From a virus, in IMG/VR virus record IMGVR_UViG_3300035438_000341, positions 32,047 to 96,046 of that record: a DNA stretch of 64,000 nucleotides; one strand, given 5' to 3'. Below the pieces are notes generated by a model. That model saw nothing but the letters and a program-made list of their open reading frames with translations, was not told the DNA's origin and made no database searches. Each line of letters starts with the position of its first letter. The stretch's first letter is position 1. A program made the translations under genes and the position numbers. Shown here in pieces: positions 1 to 10,023 of this stretch.

Positions 1-2865
1 CTTAAGTTAGAAAGTGTAATGTATGGTGGAGGAAGAGCACACTTTGTACCTGTTAAAGGAAATGCTAAGTATAGACTTCTATCTAAACAAGCTCAACAAG
101 ATGCATTAGATGCTTCATTTCTTATTGCAGGTGGTGCAAATGGAGATGTAACAGCTATATTCACAGCATATCAAGCATACCTAACAATATATGTTAATGG
201 TATAACAAGAAAGAATTATGCACAGTCATTTAATTCTATAGCCAGTTATGACTACTATGGAGATATACCAAATAACACTACATCAAATGGTGTAGTAGGT
301 ATTAAGCAAAGACAACTTGATTTAAAATCATATTTAATTCCTGGTGTATTAAATGTAGGCGATGATAAAAATATTAATAACTACCAAAGAGAATCTTCTA
401 TATATACAAAAACAGTAGATAATTATAGTCCTCTTCCATTCCCTAATAAAACTCCTAGTCTTCTTGATTCTAGCGGTGCATCATTAATATCAGAATATTC
501 AAGATTTATTATTGGAGGAATAGGTGGATGTGATGTACCTGCTCCAGGTCAGAAAGCAAACTATTGTACTACTCCAGAAAAAGAAAGAGACATAAAAGTT
601 GTATCATATTATGCATCATTAAAAAATATATTTACTAACCAATGGGGACAAATATATTCTTATGAAACAATAGATACAGGATTTCAAAGAATGTTCAATG
701 GTATTTCTAATCCTAATGATGTAGCATTTGGAGGAGATACATTCATAAATAAATTTGCATACAAAACAAAACTTCCATTCTTTTTAGATAATAGAGTTAA
801 TGCTCCTGATGATTCAGATATATTCTATGATGAGATTGGTAATGTAGCCTATCCAAAATATTGGCATTCTGCTAGATCTATTTTGTACACTTATCAAAAT
901 ATGACTAATATTATATCAATTAAAGCACATAGTTTTGATTGCTATAGCGATCCTGCATTAACAGAAAAAGATCCTGTAGGAGCTACTGCTACATTTAGAA
1001 CATTCTATGATGGTTCATTTTATTTATTTGCATATGGTGTTCCTAGCTTTTATTGTGAATCAAATTATAATGTAGATGTTCGTCAAGCATTCAATGATAG
1101 AGAAGGAAACTTTTGGCCACATGTATCAACAGGTATTCCTGATGATTGGGTACAAGAAGAGTTCACATCAATTGCTTACGATAACTCATACTATTATAAT
1201 GTAACATTCTCTAAACAGAACAAGGAAAACTATTTCTCACATTTACCAGCTGATTGGACATCTGATTTATGTTTTACATATTATCCATTTAGAACAGTGT
1301 ATTCAGATACTCAAGTTAACAATGCTGATGTAAGAGTTAACAATTGGTTAGTGTACAAACCATTATCATTATATGATTTTCCTCAGAACTATGGTAATCT
1401 TATATCACTAGATGGTATTCAGAATAGAGCTATACTAGCTAGATTTGAAAATAAATCATTGTTGTATAATAATCTTCTTACAATGAATACCAGTTATCCA
1501 CAAGCTGCGTATTTAGGTAATCCTAGTATGTTTGCTAACCCTCCTATTGATTTTGCAGAAACAGATCTTGGATACGTAGGAAGTCAAAACAAAATGTTAT
1601 TAAAGATTCCTCAAGGACAGATAACAGTTGATGCTAAGAGAGGACAGATATTCTTAATTCAAGGAACTAAAGTTGAAGAGATGTCTGCATTTGGTTCTGG
1701 AATGAATAGATTCTTTACAGACCATTTAGCATTTGAAATACTTAGATACTTTCCAAAGGTAGATACAGATAATCATTTTAATGGTATAGGTTTACATGGT
1801 CTGTATGATAGTAAATTTGAGAGAGTGATAATAACTAAGTTAGATTACATTCCATTAAGTTCAGATATCAAATATGACCCTATAACAAAAGATTTCTATA
1901 TACAAACATTAATAGGTGATGACATTTATGGTAGAACAATTATAAGTTTAAAAGATTCAGAATATTTCTGTAATAAGTCTTGGACACTTTCATTTAATGT
2001 AAATACTAAAAGCTGGATTTCTTTTCATAGTTATATTCCTAATTGGTATATAGCAGAAAACAATTTCTTCTATTCTGGTATCAATGGATGTTGTGAGGAG
2101 TTTGATTTTGTTGCAGGACAAATAGTTGATACACCAAGTACAACTACTACAACTACTATATTTGTACCTACAACCAGTACTACCACTACCGCTGTAACTG
2201 CAATTTGTGCAGTTGAAGGAGTTGTAAGAGCAATTGATTGTACATTAGAAGGAGTAGGAATTATTACTACACCTCCTATTCCTCCACCATGTCAAAGACC
2301 TTCTGATTACTCAACAGAATTTACATTTATAAAAGGATATACATTAGGAACGGATCCAGAAGTTGTATTTACTGCTAGTCAAATAGAGGCATGTGCTGCT
2401 GTCCCTTCTATTGAATATATACTTAGTCCTCTCAATACAGATGGAAGCACACTAGATACATTTGATGGATATACAAACACTATATTAGATACTTTAGAAG
2501 TTGGAAATATAGTTTATTATGGACCTGGTACAGATTGTACACTTGTTCCTGATGGTTGGTATTTTGCATATTCGCCACTTCCATTAGACAATGTTTATCA
2601 AATTTCAGCAGGTGTGGTTGTTACTAAAACAACTTGTAATCCTACCACCACCACTACCACAACAGCAATACCTTGTTACTCATTTACAGTGACTAAAACA
2701 ACAGTGGGTATTGTGACAGTGAATTACATTGATTGTTCAGGGAATCCAGCAACTAGAGATGTTGGGCTTGCTGAAGGAGGATTTTCAACACAAACATTCT
2801 GTGCACGTAGTGTAACTACACCTACACCTACTGGAGTATCATTAACTAATAACGGACTTTGTTAA
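1..2865 (+). CDS. Tail stabilisation/muzzle protein, N-terminal part (5'-partial), ending in a Thr-rich, Cys-containing extension
   Basis: Frame is open from base 1. crAss muzzle-like motifs GGDTFI and WTLSF..KSWISFHSYIP; lies directly upstream of the cargo/vRNAP genes. Poly-Thr tracts at about 2131-2200 and 2641-2665. Confidence 0.75.
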   Translation, partial: LKLESVMYGGGRAHFVPVKGNAKYRLLSKQAQQDALDASFLIAGGANGDVTAIFTAYQAYLTIYVNGITRKNYAQSFNSIASYDYYGDIPNNTTSNGVVGIKQRQLDLKSYLIPGVLNVGDDKNINNYQRESSIYTKTVDNYSPLPFPNKTPSLLDSSGASLISEYSRFIIGGIGGCDVPAPGQKANYCTTPEKERDIKVVSYYASLKNIFTNQWGQIYSYETIDTGFQRMFNGISNPNDVAFGGDTFINKFAYKTKLPFFLDNRVNAPDDSDIFYDEIGNVAYPKYWHSARSILYTYQNMTNIISIKAHSFDCYSDPALTEKDPVGATATFRTFYDGSFYLFAYGVPSFYCESNYNVDVRQAFNDREGNFWPHVSTGIPDDWVQEEFTSIAYDNSYYYNVTFSKQNKENYFSHLPADWTSDLCFTYYPFRTVYSDTQVNNADVRVNNWLVYKPLSLYDFPQNYGNLISLDGIQNRAILARFENKSLLYNNLLTMNTSYPQAAYLGNPSMFANPPIDFAETDLGYVGSQNKMLLKIPQGQITVDAKRGQIFLIQGTKVEEMSAFGSGMNRFFTDHLAFEILRYFPKVDTDNHFNGIGLHGLYDSKFERVIITKLDYIPLSSDIKYDPITKDFYIQTLIGDDIYGRTIISLKDSEYFCNKSWTLSFNVNTKSWISFHSYIPNWYIAENNFFYSGINGCCEEFDFVAGQIVDTPSTTTTTTIFVPTTSTTTTAVTAICAVEGVVRAIDCTLEGVGIITTPPIPPPCQRPSDYSTEFTFIKGYTLGTDPEVVFTASQIEACAAVPSIEYILSPLNTDGSTLDTFDGYTNTILDTLEVGNIVYYGPGTDCTLVPDGWYFAYSPLPLDNVYQISAGVVVTKTTCNPTTTTTTTAIPCYSFTVTKTTVGIVTVNYIDCSGNPATRDVGLAEGGFSTQTFCARSVTTPTPTGVSLTNNGLC

Positions 2866-2874
2866 TAAATTAAT

Positions 2875-3741
2875 ATGTCAAAACTAATAACAATAAGGTT
2901 AACACAAGTGTCACCATCTTCTGGACCATTCTCAATCTTTGATCAGCTTGGGAATGTGATAGCAGAAGGTGTACCTAGAGAAATACTCATTGGTGGGGTG
3001 AACTATACTGTAAATGATAATGTGACATCAGTTAAATTAAAATCTACAGGTAGTTGTAAGATTGAAAAAACAAATGAATTAAATGATATAACTGAACAAG
3101 AATACATTAGTATTAAAGTAAACATAACTATAACAGGATGTATATGGAGACATTTAACTAATATACAATTATACAATTCTTATTATGGTGCTACATATCC
3201 ATACATAATTGAATACCCATTTGCTTATAAGAATCAAGATGAAATTTTACAGAATGTAAAAGACTATACAAAGGCATATGAATATGTATCTATATCAGAT
3301 GGTGTGTTTAATGATAACACAAGAATAGAGACAAACAATAAATGGTTTACACATGCTATTCTATATAATGGACAACAGAGTTCTGGTGTTCTTAAACTAG
3401 TTGCTAAACCTCTTAATGATATGCGTGCATACATGCAATATCCAATATTAAATGCAGATAGTAAAACAATCACTTACACTAAGAGTGATAACTTCTATCA
3501 GTATAATACATTCTGGGCTCTTCAGAAAAGTTCTCAAGTTCCATTGTTTAATACAGGTTGTGAAAGCTTATCTATTGATAAGGTGATTAACCAAGCTAAT
3601 ATGGACTATGGATCTAGAAGTTTCAAGAAAGCTACACTAAGAGCAAAAGAACTTAAAATACGACATATACTTCAAGACAATTGTACAACGCACCTAGTGA
3701 GTCAATTCATAATTGCTCCTGCACAAATCTCATACAAGTAA
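2875..3741 (+). CDS. Muzzle/stabilisation protein C-terminal part, preceded by a small beta-rich domain
   Basis: IWRH..YNSYYG..YPYIIEY..FTHAILYN..QSSG resembles the C-terminal region that normally follows WISFHSY in crAss-type stabilisation proteins. Confidence 0.6.
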   Translation: MSKLITIRLTQVSPSSGPFSIFDQLGNVIAEGVPREILIGGVNYTVNDNVTSVKLKSTGSCKIEKTNELNDITEQEYISIKVNITITGCIWRHLTNIQLYNSYYGATYPYIIEYPFAYKNQDEILQNVKDYTKAYEYVSISDGVFNDNTRIETNNKWFTHAILYNGQQSSGVLKLVAKPLNDMRAYMQYPILNADSKTITYTKSDNFYQYNTFWALQKSSQVPLFNTGCESLSIDKVINQANMDYGSRSFKKATLRAKELKIRHILQDNCTTHLVSQFIIAPAQISYK

Positions 3742-5963
3742 TGACTAAAGGATGGTTAGATAATTATAATGATTCAACAACTTCTGCTCCTGAAGGATTT
3801 ATTGGTGAAGGAATATTCAATGGTCCTAAGTTTGATAATCCTGCATGGGGAGGACAGTTTCAAATGGGAGGAAATCTTCCTGGTGCTGTAGGTAATATGT
3901 ATGCTAGAACAGGATCTCCTAGTAAAGGACCACGTAGAAACCAAACTGATGTAACAGATGCTTCTGCACAGAATGGTAAAGAAATGCAATACTATCAACA
4001 AGGACTAGATTGGAAACCTAAAACTATTAGTAAGAATGGTGCATGGTTAGATAACTATGATGTAGCACAAGAAGGAATAAATCTTCCTTCAGTTAGAGAT
4101 CTTATTACTGATACCATGAATAGAAAGATTCAAGAACGTAAAGGTAAAGGTAAAGAAACTAAGGTTACACAAAAAGACAATGCAAAAACTGTTACACCTA
4201 AGATAGGTAAAGTAGCTACAGCTAAAGAAAAAGAGCAAAGAGCTATAGAAGAAAATAAACAAGCACAAGAAGCTTCAGAATTACAAGCACGCAAAGATTG
4301 GGTACAAGGAAGTATGGAAGAAGCTTACAAGTCTCCATTAATGTCTCCAGGATATTTTACTCCTGAAGGAATGGCTATTGGTGCTATGCAAGGAGCAGTT
4401 AAAATGGGTCCTGATTTATATGAGGGCAATTATAAAGGAGCTGCAGTAGATGCACTTATGATGTTACCATTAGCCCCTAATGCTGTTAGAGCAGCTACTC
4501 CATTAATACAAAAAGCAGGAAGAGCATTAGGAACAGAAGAAGGTTTATTATCTAATGCATATAAATTAAATCCTTGGGCATATAAATCTAATCCTGAAGC
4601 ATTTTATAGAAAAATTGGTAATGAAGGTTTAGATGATGCATTAGAAAGTGGTTTAATACGTGCAAAACAACAACCAACACAATCGCCTTCTGGTAAAGGG
4701 GTCATTGATATTTCAGAAAACTTTCAACATAAAGATCCTTATTTTGCTAAAGGGAAACCTTTAGAAAATTATAAAGGTAAATACATGGTTGAGGTTGAAG
4801 ATATTCCTATGGAAGAAAGAGCTGGATATCCGAACACATCTTATATTCCAAAAAATATTTTAGAAACTTCTAATCCTAATTTAAAAATATATGAAAAAGA
4901 TTGGTTACAAGGATATAAAGAAGTTCCTAAACCTACATCAAATTTTAATTCAGAAATAAATTGGGGTAAATGGAATAAAGAAATTCCTGATAATCCTCAA
5001 TTGATGAAAGAGTATAATGCAATAGAACAAACTTCTAAAGCTAATGGTAGTTGGATGAAGAATCCTGATGGTTCTTCTTTTCAAGGAACTCCTGAACAAT
5101 TTGTACAACAGAATAGTGAGAACTTTAAAAAAGCTTTTGGTAATACTAAAGTGAGAGATGCTAAAGGTAATGTACAAATAACTAATCATAGTACTTGGGA
5201 TAAATTTGATGAATTTGATTTAAATAAATTTGGTCAAACAGATGATGGGTTTTATGGTAAAGGAGCATATTTTCATCCAAATACAAATAGTCCTAAGTTA
5301 TATGGAGACATTGACATGAATAGTTATGTTAATATAGAAAACCCAATGCCACATGAAACTCGTTCTTTTTTTGGAAGAGAGGGTAAAGGAGCATACTGGG
5401 ATTCAGCAAAGAATGAACAAGTTATAATAGATGACTTAGGTTCTTTGTGGAAAGGTAAGTATGATGGATACATAACACCTCATGGAGAGTACCCATTAAA
5501 TGATTTTAATTCTACAGAATATATAACAAATATTCCTAGTAATATTAAATCAGCAACAGGTAATAATGGAATGTTTGATATGACTAATCCTAATATATAT
5601 AAAGCTGTAGTTCCAGGAGCAATTGGATTAGGAGCATTGCAACAAAAGAAAGATGGAGGAGTGATTAAAGATGATAGAGGGCAATGGGATCATCCAGGAG
5701 AGATAACAGAAATAGGAAGTAATGAAATAACAATGGAAGGAGTTCCTTATGATGTCCTTGGTGTATCAGATACAGGAGATACAAAACTAATGAAACCAGG
5801 AAAGAATTATAAGTTCAAGGGTAAGAAGGTTACAGAATATCCTATGGCTAAGAATGGTGTGAACCAACAAGATCAAAAAACTTTGCAACAATTAGATCAA
5901 TTGACTAACTTTACAAATTATAATAAACCACAACCAGGAGGCTGGTTAGAAGCTTACAAATGA
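3741..5963 (+). CDS. Putative virion cargo protein with two ADP-ribosyltransferase-like domains
   Basis: TAATG coupling at 3739-3743 favours this start over 3681. ART-PolyVal-like block VRDAKG..HST..F..FD..G.YF..YDG..EY..IKSATGNNG.FD; GWLxxY repeats. Confidence 0.65.
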   Translation: MTKGWLDNYNDSTTSAPEGFIGEGIFNGPKFDNPAWGGQFQMGGNLPGAVGNMYARTGSPSKGPRRNQTDVTDASAQNGKEMQYYQQGLDWKPKTISKNGAWLDNYDVAQEGINLPSVRDLITDTMNRKIQERKGKGKETKVTQKDNAKTVTPKIGKVATAKEKEQRAIEENKQAQEASELQARKDWVQGSMEEAYKSPLMSPGYFTPEGMAIGAMQGAVKMGPDLYEGNYKGAAVDALMMLPLAPNAVRAATPLIQKAGRALGTEEGLLSNAYKLNPWAYKSNPEAFYRKIGNEGLDDALESGLIRAKQQPTQSPSGKGVIDISENFQHKDPYFAKGKPLENYKGKYMVEVEDIPMEERAGYPNTSYIPKNILETSNPNLKIYEKDWLQGYKEVPKPTSNFNSEINWGKWNKEIPDNPQLMKEYNAIEQTSKANGSWMKNPDGSSFQGTPEQFVQQNSENFKKAFGNTKVRDAKGNVQITNHSTWDKFDEFDLNKFGQTDDGFYGKGAYFHPNTNSPKLYGDIDMNSYVNIENPMPHETRSFFGREGKGAYWDSAKNEQVIIDDLGSLWKGKYDGYITPHGEYPLNDFNSTEYITNIPSNIKSATGNNGMFDMTNPNIYKAVVPGAIGLGALQQKKDGGVIKDDRGQWDHPGEITEIGSNEITMEGVPYDVLGVSDTGDTKLMKPGKNYKFKGKKVTEYPMAKNGVNQQDQKTLQQLDQLTNFTNYNKPQPGGWLEAYK

Positions 5964-6583
5964 AAACAGGTATATATACAATAACTAATACTATTACAAA
6001 CCATATATACGTGGGAGCTGCTTCTGATATTCTAAAAAGATTAAATCAACATTTATTAGGATTAAGAAGAAATAATCATGATAACGATTATTTACAAAAT
6101 TCTTTTAATAAGTACAAGGAAGAAAGTTTTATCTTTGAAACATTAGAAGAATGTAACAAAAAATACTTGTACTCTCAAGAACATTATTGGTGTAACATGT
6201 TAAATACACATAATAAAAGTTTTGGATTTAATTTAAAACCAACACATCCAGATAACATATCTTTGTGTAGTGAAGAAACTAGAACAAAAATTAGAATAAA
6301 GGCTACTGGTAGAAAATGGTCTGATGAATATAAACAATTGTTTAGAGAAAAACAATTAGGAAAAAAACAATCAGAAGAACAAATTACAAAATCTAAAGAA
6401 AGCAAATACAAAAAAGTTTATCAATATTCTTTAGAAGGGAAGTTAATTAAAGAGTGGCCTTCAGCTCAACATATAAAAAAAGAATTAAACATACCAGCAA
6501 ATAACATATCTAATTGCTGTAATAATAAAAAGTCTTGTAATACTGTAAAAGGTTTTAAATGGACATATATAAATCAAGGCTAA
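5960..6583 (+). CDS. GIY-YIG homing endonuclease (NUMOD3/NUMOD1-type DNA-binding tail)
   Basis: TGIYTITN..IYVG..KRLNQH; C-terminal VYQYSLEGKLIKEWPS..KGFKW. Confidence 0.9.
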   Translation: MKTGIYTITNTITNHIYVGAASDILKRLNQHLLGLRRNNHDNDYLQNSFNKYKEESFIFETLEECNKKYLYSQEHYWCNMLNTHNKSFGFNLKPTHPDNISLCSEETRTKIRIKATGRKWSDEYKQLFREKQLGKKQSEEQITKSKESKYKKVYQYSLEGKLIKEWPSAQHIKKELNIPANNISNCCNNKKSCNTVKGFKWTYINQG

Positions 6584-6596
6584 ACAAATATAAATC

Positions 6597-9500
6597 ATGA
6601 AAGCACAAATTTTAAAAATTGCAGGAGTTAAATCTGAAAAGGAATTCTATAAGAAATATCCTTCGGAGGAAGCCTTTATGAAAAAACATGGTAAAGAGTT
6701 TAAGAAAGCTCAGACTGGTAATAATATAGCTACTAGTAATGCAGGATCATTCAACATGTATAATCCTTATGGCGATGCTTTCCAAAGTGTTGATATGGAA
6801 GGAATGCAATCTTCTTTTGTTAAACCTATTATAGAAGATACTAGTGATGAAGAAATAGCACCAGTTGAAGTTACTCCTAACTTTGGTAAAAAACAACAAA
6901 AAGCTAGCGATGCATATGACACACAAGAGTTAATAGGTATGACAGGAGATACATCTAATCCTTTGGGAACAGATAAACTATCTTCTTTTGCAAAAGGAAT
7001 AGATCCTATGAATGCTGTAATGGGAGCTTTCACTGGAATAAAAGGTGCGTTTGATGCACATAAAGAAAATAAGAAACTTACAAAAAAAATGGAAACTTGG
7101 GCTAAAGTTTCTGATGTACAGAAGAGAGCTGGTATATCAAATGCATTTGCTGAGAAACCAAAGAACCAATGGTTCAGACCAGATGATCCTAGATTCATAC
7201 ATAGTGCTAATGAACTATCTAATACACAAGGAAGAGGAACAGATGTTATTACACAAAATGGTGGAGTGTTCCAAGGTGGTGGTGAAATACAAAATACATT
7301 TGCCCCTGGTGCAATATACGATGATCTTGGATATGAACCATTTGATGAAAGTAATAATGATGATGCTGCTTATCTTGAGAATTATCAAGGTGGTGGTAAG
7401 TTTGGAAATTTCTTTAATCAACTTAATACAGACCTAGGAGGAGGCCAAGGTTTTATGGGTAACCTAGGAAAGGAAAGTCCCTTTAATTCTATGCTTGCTG
7501 GAAACAGTACATTAGCTAATGCTACTGGTAAGCTAGGTAGTTTATTTGGACCAGGTGTAGGACTAGTTACAACAATGTTTGGAAGAATGTTGGATAAAGA
7601 ACCAGGTAAACAAAAGCATGCACAAAATACAATGAATTCAAATAATGCATTCTTAGCTAGATTAAACACTGCAGGAGATATAACAGGCGGTTTACAAAAT
7701 ATGGGAGTTGGTCAAAATGGAGAAGCTCTTCAACCGTATGAAGATGGTGGATGGGTCTCTAACGATTGGACTCCACAAGTTATAGCTTCATTTGGTGGTC
7801 TTGATGAACAAGAAGTATATGACTATGCACATGAAGGAATGGATACACTAAGAGCTGGTGGACATATGAGAGATTACACACCTATTAGTAATCGAGGTAT
7901 GGAAACTTATGCTATGGGTGGACAACTTAAAACTCATTGGGGTGGAGAAGCTGAAGTAATTTCTCGTAATCCATATATGCCAGGTTCTGGTGAGATGGTT
8001 AAACTTAATGGTGCATCACATGACAATGATGGTATTGGTATTAGCTATGGTGGTCAACAAGGTGGTCCTCAACAAACAGCTAAATATGGTGCTGATACAG
8101 ATGCTAGTATAGAAGCAGAAGGAAGAGAAACTATAATGGAAATGCAAGATGGTGGAGAAGTAGATCCTCAAACAGGAGAAGCTCAAACATCAGCAGTTGT
8201 ATTAGGTAATATAGCACCTAGTGCAGATATAGTTAAAGCTACTGGTGATCAAGTGTTAATAGATTTATTCAATAAAAATCCTAAGAAAACATTTAAACGT
8301 ATAGGTGAGGTGATTGCTAAAGATGAGAATAAAGCAGCCTCTTATATGGAGATAGCTTCTGCTAAAGCAAATAATGCAGATGATACACAATGGGGAGCAT
8401 TAGAAAATAAAACTGCAGATATAATAAAAAAAGCTGGAGATGCTAAATTTAAACTAGCTGCACAACAAAGAATCAAATCAGCAAACTTACAGAGTGCAGT
8501 TAATGATACTAAAAAAGATATATCATATATGAAAGGAAAAAATATAAGTGCAGAAGATTTAGGTAAAGGTAAGATATCACTTGACTATGATCCTATCACT
8601 AAAGATGCTGAATTAGAAAGTCCATATGCTAAGCATGGAGCTTATTTAAGAAAAGCTCAGAACAGTGAGGTCATTAGTCCAGCTGAACAAAAACCATCTA
8701 TTACAGAAGATCAATACAATGAACTTGTTAAATTATATGAACAAGGTAAGAAAGATAAAAAGAGTGCTTCTATAAAAGAGTTCCAACATAAGTATCATCA
8801 ATTATTTCCTAATGAAGCTATTACAGCAATTCAAAAAACTACTAAAGAAAGAGGAGTTAATGCTAAAGGGAAGAAGATGGGTCTTACTAAAGAAGAAATT
8901 CTTTCTGGAAAAAATACTGGTAGGATATTAGAAAGTAATGAAGATGAATACTTTGGTCCTAGAACAGAGCAATACATGGCTAAGATTAGTTCTGAATTCA
9001 ACAAGAAACCTGCAGCTGCAACAGAAGAATTAAAGTTAACCCCTCTTGGTGCAAAGACAACTCCTACCACTGATAAAAAAGAAATAGATGTAGTTCCATA
9101 TAAAAGAAATAAGTTTATGGACTATGCTAACATGCTTAGTCAGTTCTTACCAAGTGCTAAACTTCCAGGAATTGATCCACGTCAGTTTGCAGGAGAATAT
9201 ATGGCTATGTCTCAGAATCAATATGAACCTGTACCATCTCAACATATAAGAATGCAATTAGATCCTATGACTCGTGTAAGCTATCAAGATATTAGAAATC
9301 AAAGCACTGCAGACTTTAGAGATGCATTGAATCAAGGTGCGTTTAATCCAGCTGCGGCAGCAGGTGTATTTGGTAAAAAAGCTCTAGCAGATCAATCTTC
9401 TTACGCTGAGGAGTTCAGAGCTAACCAAGGTCTTGAACAACAGATATATGGCGGTAATAGAGCTAAGGTTAATCAAGAGATGGCTGCAAACTTACAATTA

Positions 9501-9944
9501 AATGCTGATCAAATGAACAAACAAAGTCTTGCATTAAGTAAAACAAAAGAGATAAATCAAAAAGCCATTGCTTCTATAGCTGATAAGTATTTGCAACATG
9601 ATGCTCGTGACTTAGAATATAAGGTTAAGAGTAATATGTTCCCTACATTTGCATATAATCAATCAGGTGGAATACGTACACAAGGTCCAGGATTTCAACC
9701 AAACATTCCACAAGTTTATGGAGGTAAATCAAACATAAAACAAGTTCCTGTATATGATACTGATGGTAAAACTATTCTAAGATATCAAATGCAAGAAGGA
9801 GATGGAACTAATATACCTTCTACTGCTACACCTCCTCTTGTTGCACTAACAAAAAATGGAGGATCTGTTGGTAAAAATAATAGATCATCAGTTGTTAAAA
9901 ATGCTAAGAACGGTTCTATAGTTAAACTACACAAAAATTTCTAA
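6597..9944 (+). CDS. Virion cargo/ejection protein (crAss cargo protein 1-like)
   Basis: Position between muzzle and vRNAP genes; GASHDNDGI..EAEG.E motif; Gly-rich hydrophobic segments; repeated xxxGG motifs. Confidence 0.65.
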   Translation: MKAQILKIAGVKSEKEFYKKYPSEEAFMKKHGKEFKKAQTGNNIATSNAGSFNMYNPYGDAFQSVDMEGMQSSFVKPIIEDTSDEEIAPVEVTPNFGKKQQKASDAYDTQELIGMTGDTSNPLGTDKLSSFAKGIDPMNAVMGAFTGIKGAFDAHKENKKLTKKMETWAKVSDVQKRAGISNAFAEKPKNQWFRPDDPRFIHSANELSNTQGRGTDVITQNGGVFQGGGEIQNTFAPGAIYDDLGYEPFDESNNDDAAYLENYQGGGKFGNFFNQLNTDLGGGQGFMGNLGKESPFNSMLAGNSTLANATGKLGSLFGPGVGLVTTMFGRMLDKEPGKQKHAQNTMNSNNAFLARLNTAGDITGGLQNMGVGQNGEALQPYEDGGWVSNDWTPQVIASFGGLDEQEVYDYAHEGMDTLRAGGHMRDYTPISNRGMETYAMGGQLKTHWGGEAEVISRNPYMPGSGEMVKLNGASHDNDGIGISYGGQQGGPQQTAKYGADTDASIEAEGRETIMEMQDGGEVDPQTGEAQTSAVVLGNIAPSADIVKATGDQVLIDLFNKNPKKTFKRIGEVIAKDENKAASYMEIASAKANNADDTQWGALENKTADIIKKAGDAKFKLAAQQRIKSANLQSAVNDTKKDISYMKGKNISAEDLGKGKISLDYDPITKDAELESPYAKHGAYLRKAQNSEVISPAEQKPSITEDQYNELVKLYEQGKKDKKSASIKEFQHKYHQLFPNEAITAIQKTTKERGVNAKGKKMGLTKEEILSGKNTGRILESNEDEYFGPRTEQYMAKISSEFNKKPAAATEELKLTPLGAKTTPTTDKKEIDVVPYKRNKFMDYANMLSQFLPSAKLPGIDPRQFAGEYMAMSQNQYEPVPSQHIRMQLDPMTRVSYQDIRNQSTADFRDALNQGAFNPAAAAGVFGKKALADQSSYAEEFRANQGLEQQIYGGNRAKVNQEMAANLQLNADQMNKQSLALSKTKEINQKAIASIADKYLQHDARDLEYKVKSNMFPTFAYNQSGGIRTQGPGFQPNIPQVYGGKSNIKQVPVYDTDGKTILRYQMQEGDGTNIPSTATPPLVALTKNGGSVGKNNRSSVVKNAKNGSIVKLHKNF

Positions 9945-9984
9945 CCAATTTAATTATAAAGAATTACCAGAATTGATTATTAGT

Positions 9985-10016
9985 TTTGGTAGTTATAATA
10001 ATTCATATTATATTTG
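9985..10016 (+). promoter_or_regulatory. Bacteroidota primary-sigma promoter (-33 TTTG / -7 TATATTTG)
   Basis: TTTG at 9985-9988, 20-nt spacer, TAnnTTTG at 10009-10016, ATG at 10024. Confidence 0.75.
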
Positions 10017-10023
10017 CTAAATT

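Noticed and set aside
3681-3740. Upstream start for the ART-containing ORF (likewise the track starts at 41530, 41664, 44327, 60779 and 61740)
   Set aside because: These are non-ATG starts that overlap neighbouring genes or promoter boxes, or add implausible leaders; downstream ATGs fit gene packing better.
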